A stretch of DNA of 64,000 nt from the NCBI GenBank assembly GCA_044344255.1, contig JBIJDH010000023.1:32001-96000 (forward strand). The letters are read 5' to 3'. Source of the DNA: Myxococcota bacterium (GTDB taxonomy: Bacteria > Myxococcota_A > UBA796 > UBA2385). The translations under genes were made by a program, and so were the position numbers. A model generated the notes under the pieces. That model worked only from the letters and a program-made list of their open reading frames with translations. It made no database searches and had not been told where the DNA came from. Position 1 is the stretch's first letter. Each line of letters opens with the position of its first letter. This document shows, one piece after another, positions 57,174 to 64,000 of this stretch.

Positions 57174-57719
57174 ATGAACGAGCTCACCGCCCGCCTCGCC
57201 CCGCTGACCGTCCTCGACCTCGACGGCGCGGCCGTGCCCTTGGGCTCGCTCTGGGCCGAGCGGGGCGTCGTCTTCGTCTGGCTGCGTCACTACGGCTGAA
57301 CGTTCTGTCGCGAGCAGGCTGCTCGTTTCGGCTCCCGCGCCTCGGAGATCCGGGCCCAGGGCGCGGAGCTCGTCTTCATCGGCAACGGCACACCCCTGAT
57401 GGCGCGCGACTTCCAGGAGACCACCGGGGTCCAGGGCCGGCTGTTCACCGACCCCTCCCGCGCCACCTACGCGGCGATGGGCGCGAAGAGCGGCGCCCTC
57501 CGCCTGCTGGACCCTCGGGTGCTCCTCGCCGGTGCCCGCTCCTTCCGCGAGGGCCACGGCCAGACCGCGGTGAAGGGCGACCCCTTCCAGCTCGGCGGCG
57601 AGCTCGTCGTGCGGGCAGGGGGCGCCGTCGCCTTCGTGCATCACTCGGCCTTCGCGGGCGACCACGCGGACGTCGAGCCGGTGCTCCGCGCGCTGGTGGG
57701 CGGCGCCGCGGCCGGGTAG
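57174..57719 (+). CDS. AhpC/TSA-like (PRXL2/SelL-related) redoxin, putative selenoprotein (Sec at codon 42)
   Basis: ATG 57174 reads MNELTARLAPLTVLDLDGAAVPLGSLWAERGVVFVWLRHYG-TGA(57297)-TFCREQA and continues in frame into ORF 57399-57719 (DP.R..Y, GD..QLGG). The TGA sits at the first Cys of the family RHxGCxxC motif. Confidence 0.85.
57311..57325 (+). promoter_or_regulatory. Putative bacterial SECIS element
   Basis: CGAGCA-GGC-TGCTCG is a perfect 6-bp stem with a G-led loop, starting 11 nt after the in-frame TGA. Confidence 0.7.
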
Positions 57720-57755
57720 GCAGGCTCCATCGGCCCCGCCGGGCCAAGGAGCCTC

Positions 57756-58457
57756 ATGCGCACGCTCTCGATCGACATCTGGTCCGACGTCGTCTGCCCC
57801 TGGTGCTACATCGGTAAGCGCCGCATCGAGGGCGCCCTCGCCAGCTTCCCGCATAAGGACGCGGTGCAGGTGCGCTGGCACGCCTTCGAGCTCGACCCCT
57901 CCGCCCCGAAGAACAGCGGCACGCCGGTGCGGGAGATGCTGGCCCGGAAGTACCGGATGGGCCCCACCCAGGTCCAAGCCATGCAGGACCGCGTGGAGGG
58001 TGTGGCGGCCGAGGTGGGCGTCCAGATGCACATCGAGCGCACCGCCGTCGAGAACACCTTCGACGCCCACCGCCTCATCGCCCACGCAGGCGAGCAGGGC
58101 CTCGGGGGCGTGATGAAGGAGCGCCTGCTCGCGGCCTACTTCACCGAGGGGCGTCGTATCGGTGATCACGCCGTGCTGGCCGCGCTCGCCGCCGAGGTGG
58201 GGGTGACCGGCGCCGCTGAGGCCTTGGGAGACCCCGCCGCCTTCTCCGCCGCCGTGCGCAAGGACGAGGCGGAGGCCCGCGAGCTCGGCATCACCGGGGT
58301 GCCCTTCTTCGTGATCGACGGCCGCTTCGGCATCTCCGGCGGGCAGCCCGAGGCGGTCTTCCGCGGCGCCCTCGACCGCGCCTGGGCCGAGGGCGCACAG
58401 GAGGAGACGGCCGCTGGCCCCGCCTGTGACGCCGACGGCTGCGCCCTCCCCAAGTGA
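57756..58457 (+). CDS. DsbA family oxidoreductase, FrnE type
   Basis: DIWSDVVCPWCYIGKRR, FELDP, NTFDAHRL, GITGVPFF, ISGGQP, C-terminal CDADGC. AAGGAG SD. Confidence 0.93.
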   Translation: MRTLSIDIWSDVVCPWCYIGKRRIEGALASFPHKDAVQVRWHAFELDPSAPKNSGTPVREMLARKYRMGPTQVQAMQDRVEGVAAEVGVQMHIERTAVENTFDAHRLIAHAGEQGLGGVMKERLLAAYFTEGRRIGDHAVLAALAAEVGVTGAAEALGDPAAFSAAVRKDEAEARELGITGVPFFVIDGRFGISGGQPEAVFRGALDRAWAEGAQEETAAGPACDADGCALPK

Positions 58458-58482
58458 GGGCTGGGCCCCACGTCACGCGCCG

Positions 58483-61155
58483 TCACGCCTGCGAGGTCCG
58501 CGTGACACCTTGGCCGGAGGGCCCCGCCTCGGGCAGGCGGTGGCAGCCCCGGAGGCCGCCGACGGCGTAGCGGTGGTGCGCCCCGACCTGCACGCGGTCG
58601 GCGGAGCGGGCGTCAGTGGCGAGGGTCATCCAGGCGCCGCCGCGCACCACGCGGCGCACGGAGAGGACGTGGTCGGGAGAGGGATCGGGCTCGCCCACCC
58701 GCTCCTCGCGGACGCAGGTGAGGGGCTGATCGTAGGCGTTCTCGATCCAGTCCCGCGCGTTTCCGGCCATCCCGCGCACGCCGAAGGGGCTCCAGTCGAC
58801 CGGGAAGGTGTCCACCTGGGCGGGCAGGGGCCTGCCCTGAGAGGACTCGCCGGTGCAGCACCAGGAGGGGTCGAAGTGATTGCCCCAGGGATACCAGCGC
58901 CCGTCGACGCCGCGGGCGGCCTTCTCCCACTCGAGCTCGCCGGGGAGCCGCCAGGGCCGCCCGCTCCGCGCGGCCCGCCAGGCCATGTAGGCGCGCGCCC
59001 CGGCCCAGTTCACGTAGAGGACGGGCCAGTCGGGGTGCCACTCGTCACCGTCGGCGTCGGGGCGGAGGGAGAAGCGCCCTTCCTGATAGCCGTAGATCAG
59101 CGCGCCGGTGTCCTCCCCTTCGCTGCTCGCCCGCTCCCTCGGCGCGTGGCGGAGCGCCTCGGCCTCTCGACCGTGCGCGACGAGGTCGTCGAGGAAGGGG
59201 ATGAATTCGCGGTTCGTGACCGGGAAGCGGTCGATGATGAAGGCGTCGCACCACAGGCGCAGTGCGGGGAGGCAGTCGATGGCGTGCGGATCTCCGCCGA
59301 CCCTGAACCACCCGCTCGGGACATAGACCTGGCGGGGTCCGAGCCAGCCCTGTGGGGGGAGCCAGATCGGGTGAGGCGATCGCTCGCCTGGCGCGACGCC
59401 ATTCCAGTGCCCCTGCCGGGTGACCTCCACCGGATAGGCCACCTCCTCACAGGCGGGGTGACGGATACGGCAGAGGTAGCTCCCCATCGGGAGCTCCACG
59501 GCGTGCAGGGGCGTCTCTCCGAGCGGGCGCACGAGGACCTCCACCATCCGCCGGTTGTGTTCGACGTATCGATAGAGGTGGACGGTGGCCCCGGGCGGGT
59601 CGGTGACGAGGGTGAGGGCGCCGTCTCCTCGGAGGTAGGCGGTGAGCGCCCGCCGGACCGGGTGGGCCTCGGGCAGTGCGGCGGTGTGGGTCTCGAGGAG
59701 AGACTGCGCCTCGGCGGAGGCCCGCCGGTCGCGGCGGCCCTCGGCCTCGGCGTGGCGGTCGCGGTAGCGCTGGGCCAGCGCGGCGTGGGCGAGCGCGAGG
59801 TCGGGGGCGATGCGCAAGGCGCCCTGCAGGCCCTGGTCGACCGCGAGCTGGCGGAGGTGGGCGGAGAGCTCGGCGGCCTCGGCCTCGCTGCTGCGGGCCC
59901 AGGCGGGGGCCTTCCGTTCTTCGGGCTCCCAGGGGGCCACGTCGCGGAGGAGGGCGGCGGCCTCCGCGCGCAGGTCGACGGCGCGGCGCACCATGCGCTC
60001 GGCTTCGGCGATCGACTGGAGGGCGGCCTCGGCGAGCCGAGTGGCCTGCTCCTCGCGGTGGGCCCCGTCGAGCCAGGACTGGAGGGCCTCGGCGAAGACA
60101 TCGACCCTCGGTGGGCGATCGGCGGGTTCGCGGGCCATCGCCCGCTCGCACAGGTCCACGAGCTCTGCCGGCGGCGGCGGGGCGCCCTGCGCGGAGATGA
60201 GCGGCGGCGGGGGGCCCTGGCGGACGGCGGCGAGGGCCGTGGCGCCGTCTCCGCCGTAGGGCGGGCCGCCGGAGAGGATCTCGTAGAGGATGGCCCCGAG
60301 GGAGTAGAGGTCGCTCCGGTGGTCTATCCAGTCATTTTCGCCGCGTGCCTGCTCGGGCGACATGTAGGCCGGCGTGCCCACCACCTGTCCGACGTGGGTG
60401 CCGCCCTGCGCGAGCCGTGAAGCGCGCAGGGGCGGTCGGTCGACCGGCTCGGGCTCGGGCTCGACCTCGCCTCCGCCGTGGAGCTTGGCGAGCCCCCAGT
60501 CGAGGACGTAGACCTCGCCGTGCGCCCCCACCATCGCGTTCGCAGGCTTGAGGTCTCGGTGGAGGACGCCGCGCTCGTGGGCGTAGGCGACCGCGTGACA
60601 GGTGAGCTGAAAGGCGGCGATCAGGCGGCGGAAGGTCCAGCCGGAGGGGCCCGCTCCCCACTCTCCGGCGGAGGCCTCGTGCACCTCGCGGATGACCTCC
60701 CCGAAGGTGCGGCCGCGCACCTCCTTCATCGTGAACCACACGCGACCGTCCGGTAGGCGACCGATGTCGTGGACGGGGACGATGCCGGGGTGCTGGAGCT
60801 GGGCGGTGGCCCGCGCCTCCTCGACGAAGCGCTCGAGCGCCGTTGTGCGCTGGGCCAGGGGGGCGCGGATGATCTTCATGGCGAGGACCCGGTCCAGGGC
60901 CACGTCTCGCACGCGGCGCACCTCACCCATCCCCCCCGCGCCGAGCGGGCCGAGGTCTTCGTAGCGGCCGGCGATCGGCACGACCGGGGACGCGGTGGGC
61001 GCCGCCGCGGGAGCGTGCGGGCCGATCCAGGTCTCGGCCCCCTCCTGGTCTCGGCCGAGGGCCCACCGCCGGTCGACGTCGAAGGGGCCGTCGGGATCGA
61101 CGCGCTCGGAGGGCGAGGCGGGGCGGCTTTCGGGGTCGGTCGGGGTCGAGTTCAC
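58483..61155 (-). CDS. Ser/Thr protein kinase fused to formylglycine-generating enzyme (SUMF1/FGE-sulfatase) domain
   Basis: GAGGMG, AMK, HRDLKPAN, DWG, GTPAYMSPEQ; C-terminal PVTN, RLP.E.EWEKAARG, MAGNA..W, RGGAW. Start is likely GTG 61155 (GGAG SD, TACAAT at 61175-61180); the ORF is open to 61245. Confidence 0.92.
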   Translation of the reverse strand: MNSTPTDPESRPASPSERVDPDGPFDVDRRWALGRDQEGAETWIGPHAPAAAPTASPVVPIAGRYEDLGPLGAGGMGEVRRVRDVALDRVLAMKIIRAPLAQRTTALERFVEEARATAQLQHPGIVPVHDIGRLPDGRVWFTMKEVRGRTFGEVIREVHEASAGEWGAGPSGWTFRRLIAAFQLTCHAVAYAHERGVLHRDLKPANAMVGAHGEVYVLDWGLAKLHGGGEVEPEPEPVDRPPLRASRLAQGGTHVGQVVGTPAYMSPEQARGENDWIDHRSDLYSLGAILYEILSGGPPYGGDGATALAAVRQGPPPPLISAQGAPPPPAELVDLCERAMAREPADRPPRVDVFAEALQSWLDGAHREEQATRLAEAALQSIAEAERMVRRAVDLRAEAAALLRDVAPWEPEERKAPAWARSSEAEAAELSAHLRQLAVDQGLQGALRIAPDLALAHAALAQRYRDRHAEAEGRRDRRASAEAQSLLETHTAALPEAHPVRRALTAYLRGDGALTLVTDPPGATVHLYRYVEHNRRMVEVLVRPLGETPLHAVELPMGSYLCRIRHPACEEVAYPVEVTRQGHWNGVAPGERSPHPIWLPPQGWLGPRQVYVPSGWFRVGGDPHAIDCLPALRLWCDAFIIDRFPVTNREFIPFLDDLVAHGREAEALRHAPRERASSEGEDTGALIYGYQEGRFSLRPDADGDEWHPDWPVLYVNWAGARAYMAWRAARSGRPWRLPGELEWEKAARGVDGRWYPWGNHFDPSWCCTGESSQGRPLPAQVDTFPVDWSPFGVRGMAGNARDWIENAYDQPLTCVREERVGEPDPSPDHVLSVRRVVRGGAWMTLATDARSADRVQVGAHHRYAVGGLRGCHRLPEAGPSGQGVTRTSQA

Positions 61156-61257
61156 GCGCGCTCCGGAGCTGGCGATTGTAACCGCCGGTCCAGGGACAGC
61201 GCCTCGCGATGCCACCGCGGACGGGGCATCCTCCTCGGCGTGCACCTGCGCGGCGCC

Positions 61258-63006
61258 TCAGCCAGACAGGCCGACGAGCCCGACCTCGGCGCGCGGGCGC
61301 ATGGGGTAGTGCTCCCCGCCCTCCGCGCCGGCGTAGCGCGGCTTGGATTGTACGAGCCGCTCCAGATCGTAGGCGAAGGCGGGGCGAAGGGGGGCAGGGG
61401 CCTGGCTGCGACCCCAGGCGTGCATGCGGCGCTGCGCGGCGAGCGATCCGTCGTGGTACTGGCGCAGCACGTCGGGCAGGTTCAGCGGCGCGGGCGAGAC
61501 CGGGGAGGCCGCGAAGGTGTCCGAGATGGCGCCCACGGCGGCCAGGGCCTCCATCTGGCCCGCCTCGACGCGGTCGGCGATGCCGGTGAGCTGGTCGAAG
61601 AGGGGGTCGAACTCGGGGAGGTCGGGGGCGAAGGAGCCGGGGACCGCGCAGGTGTCGAGCGCGGCGAGGTGGGTCTTGTCTCCGGTCTCGAGGTAGCGGA
61701 ACAGCGCCCCCGAGATGCGGCTGCCCGAGAGGTGCCAGGAGAGGAACCAGACCTTCGACCAGGCCCGCCAGAGGTCGAAGTGGCGGAAGGAGACGTAGGA
61801 GCCGTGGATGAGCCGGTCGTTGTAGTCGAGGATCCCCTGGTTGAGGCGGTCGATGTGGGCGAAACGAGCGGCGGACAGGTCATTCTCATCGAGCGCCGAG
61901 AGGAGCGTGGCCGCCACCTGGTTTACCACCTGCAGCGAGTTGGCCATCCCGCGGGAGAAGAGGGCGTCGATCGCGCCAGCGGCGTGGCTCATCAGGCACC
62001 AGCGGTCACCCACGGTGCGCTTCGAGGAGAACTGGGTGCGGGGGGTCGAGACCCAGTTCCAGACAGGCCGGGCGTCGGCGAACTGGCGCTGGACCGCCGG
62101 AAAGCGGGTGAGGAAGGCGTCCCACTCCTGCTGCGGGGTGATGTCTGTCGGCCGGGGGGAGCGCCGGCTGTCGAAGCTGAGCCCGACGCTGCAGAGGGGG
62201 TTGGTGCTCTTGTCGTGGTTGTCGAAGGGGATCACCCACATCCAGCCGCCGTCGAAGATGTGGTGGAGCGTGCCCTGGTGCCAGGCCGTGGGCTGGCCGC
62301 CGTGGTCCACACACTCGTCGAAGGGGCGCACGCCGACCATGTGGGTGAAGAGCGTGCGGGAGTGGGTCTTGAAGCGGGCGGGCTGCTCGCGGAGATCGAA
62401 CTGCTGCGCGAGCACTGAGTTTTGTCCGCTGGCGTCGCAGAGGTAGCGGGCGCGGACGGTCTCTCCGCTGGCCGTCGAGAGGGTGACCCCGTCGGCCCCG
62501 ATCTCCACGCCGCTCACGCTCGTGCGTTGCATCGCCTTCGCGCCGTATCGGATAGCGGCGTAGAAGAGGTGGGCGTCGATGTCCTGGCGGTGCAGGTGCA
62601 TCTCGGGACCGAAGGGGAAGGCGGAGACGTTACACTGTGTGTTCTGCTCCGGCCGGTGCTCCACCCCCTCGCGGTGATAGGCGAAGCCGAAGTTTTTCTT
62701 TACGCCGCAGTTCCCGCTCACGTTGGCGCGGAGCTCGTCGATGGAGCTGCACTGCCAGATCTCCGGCACGTCGTATCGACAGGCCATGAGGCGCATGAGG
62801 TAGCTCGTCTCCCCGATGGTCGACTCTCCGAGCGCGAAGCGGGGGTGCATGCCGTTGTCGATGAGGACGACGGAGAGCCCCTTGCGGGCGAGGATGCAGG
62901 CCAACATCGACCCTGCGATGCCGCTGCCGAGGATCGCGACGTCGGCCTGGGGCCCGCGGGAGGTGGAGGGGGTGAGCGTGGGAGAGGGCGCGGTCTCGGC
63001 GGACAT
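61258..63006 (-). CDS. Flavin-dependent halogenase, PrnC-like
   Basis: GSGIAG FAD motif, HPRFALGEST, CGVKKNFGF (catalytic Lys position), RQDIDA, GTLHHIFDGGWMWVIPF (WxWxIP), IDALFSRG. ATG 63006 with GGAG SD; alternative start 63039. Confidence 0.88.
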   Translation of the reverse strand: MSAETAPSPTLTPSTSRGPQADVAILGSGIAGSMLACILARKGLSVVLIDNGMHPRFALGESTIGETSYLMRLMACRYDVPEIWQCSSIDELRANVSGNCGVKKNFGFAYHREGVEHRPEQNTQCNVSAFPFGPEMHLHRQDIDAHLFYAAIRYGAKAMQRTSVSGVEIGADGVTLSTASGETVRARYLCDASGQNSVLAQQFDLREQPARFKTHSRTLFTHMVGVRPFDECVDHGGQPTAWHQGTLHHIFDGGWMWVIPFDNHDKSTNPLCSVGLSFDSRRSPRPTDITPQQEWDAFLTRFPAVQRQFADARPVWNWVSTPRTQFSSKRTVGDRWCLMSHAAGAIDALFSRGMANSLQVVNQVAATLLSALDENDLSAARFAHIDRLNQGILDYNDRLIHGSYVSFRHFDLWRAWSKVWFLSWHLSGSRISGALFRYLETGDKTHLAALDTCAVPGSFAPDLPEFDPLFDQLTGIADRVEAGQMEALAAVGAISDTFAASPVSPAPLNLPDVLRQYHDGSLAAQRRMHAWGRSQAPAPLRPAFAYDLERLVQSKPRYAGAEGGEHYPMRPRAEVGLVGLSG

Positions 63007-63039
63007 TCGGTGCTCCGGAACGGGGGTGCGCCGTGTCAT

Positions 63040-63056
63040 TCCAAGAACTGTGCCAG
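63040..63056 (-). promoter_or_regulatory. Putative sigma54 promoter of the halogenase gene
   Basis: Minus strand reads CTGGCACAGTTCTTGGA, i.e. TGGCAC-N5-TTGG (the -12 C is replaced by G), 33 nt upstream of ATG 63006. Confidence 0.5.
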
Positions 63057-63217
63057 CGCCTCCGTCGCCCCCGCCTCGTCGGCCCTGCCTCCGCTCGGCC
63101 CCGAGCGGTGGTGGGGAGAGGCTGGAGCAAGCAGGGGATCTGCGCAGGGTGGGGCCGTGCGCGCGACCGGATCCCCCCGTGCGGGCGGATGAGCGGGCCC
63201 GTGGGGGCCCAGTGCGC

Positions 63218-63260
63218 CCGCGCATCGGCCGCGCATCGGCCGCGCATCGGCCGCGCATCG
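63218..63260. repeat. Intergenic 11-bp tandem repeat CCGCGCATCGG x~3.9
   Basis: Exact units at 63218, 63229, 63240 and a near-complete unit at 63251. Confidence 0.9.
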
Positions 63261-63322
63261 AGGGCCCCGGTCGAGGCGCACCCACTCCACCCCGTGGCTG
63301 GGCAGGTGGGAGAGGTTGCGGT

Positions 63323-64000
63323 TCACTCTGCCACTTGCCAGATCTGGACCTCGCCGCGGCTCTGGGTGGGGTCGGGGTCCCACGTGCCCGCGCCCACCAC
63401 GACGCGTCGGCCGTCGGGGCTGAAGGCCGCTGCGGTGATCGCTTGTCCCGCATAAAAGCCAGAGATCTCCGACCCGAAGGTGGCCGACTGCGAATCGGCG
63501 TTCCACAGGCGGACGCTCCCGTCATCCGCTGCCGTGAGCATCCACCGGCCGTCGGGCGAGAACGATGCGGCTCGCACCCAGCCAGTGTGTCCTGTCAGCG
63601 TGCAAAGCAGAGTGCCGTACCTCGGCGAGTGTGGGTCGGCATCCCAGAGGCGGGCGGTGTTGTCACCGGGCCCCGTCAGCAGCCGTCGGCCATCGGGCGA
63701 AAACGAAGCGGCAAGGACGGGCCCCCTCTCCCCGACGTCAAGGCCAGGGAGCTCCTGCCCGAACGTGGCCGACTGCGGGTCGGCATTCCAGAGGCGGGCG
63801 GTGTTGTCATTGCTGCCCGTGAGCACCCGCCAGCCATCCGGGGAGAACGATGCGACGCTCACCGATCCAGTGTGCGCCACGAGCGTGCGGAGCAGCTTTC
63901 CGTACGTTTGGGAGCTTGGGTCGGCGTCCCACAAGCGGGCGGACTGGTCGTCGCTGCCCGTCAGCACGCGCTGGCCGTCGGGCGAAAACAGAGCGGCAGA
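63323..64000 (-). CDS. WD40 repeat protein, C-terminal part (5' partial)
   Basis: The frame is open to the window end. Repeated H...V..ASFSPDG..VLT.S.D.TARLW[DN] units. Confidence 0.9.
   Translation of the reverse strand, partial: SAALFSPDGQRVLTGSDDQSARLWDADPSSQTYGKLLRTLVAHTGSVSVASFSPDGWRVLTGSNDNTARLWNADPQSATFGQELPGLDVGERGPVLAASFSPDGRRLLTGPGDNTARLWDADPHSPRYGTLLCTLTGHTGWVRAASFSPDGRWMLTAADDGSVRLWNADSQSATFGSEISGFYAGQAITAAAFSPDGRRVVVGAGTWDPDPTQSRGEVQIWQVAE

Noticed and set aside
57174..57299. Pseudogene interpretation of the redoxin (premature stop)
   Set aside because: The stop is TGA at the catalytic Cys position, followed by a SECIS-like hairpin, and there is no other lesion. Sec recoding is more parsimonious, though not proven.
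61258..63006. Pyrrolnitrin biosynthetic cluster / gene symbol prnC
   Set aside because: No prnA, prnB or prnD is adjacent, and orthology cannot be established by eye.

Overview
High-GC, gene-dense bacterial DNA that looks like Myxococcota, judging from MYXO-CTERM-like tails, a DUF1592/DUF1552 pair, many Cys/Asp-rich 'MopE-type' repeat and FG-GAP lipoproteins, a TonB_C-fused TonB-dependent receptor and a Ser/Thr kinase-FGE fusion. I call about 43 CDS. I saw no rRNA, tRNA, CRISPR, IS or integrase. Recognisable housekeeping genes are sbcD/sbcC, lgt, psd, a YbgC-type thioesterase, a YceI protein, an M20 amidohydrolase and a DsbA/FrnE protein. Main points of interest: (1) A selenoprotein missed by the ORF track: an AhpC/TSA-like redoxin at 57174-57719 with RHYG-UGA-TFC (UxxC) and a SECIS-like hairpin 11 nt downstream, next to a DsbA/FrnE gene. 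(2) A ~7.3 kb three-gene cassette (294-aa hypothetical, ~1800-aa helical rod with a C-terminal HEXXH zincin, CpXC Zn-ribbon protein) bracketed by a 74-bp degenerate direct repeat of the DUF962 gene; this is a candidate undescribed effector/conflict module. (3) A cell-surface cluster at 45-57 kb with an M23 peptidase on a Cys/Asp repeat stalk and three paralogous PEGA-like proteins. (4) An orphan PrnC-like halogenase with a sigma54-like promoter. (5) Several probable leaderless genes and many short tandem duplications. All family calls come from motif recognition by eye, not database searches.
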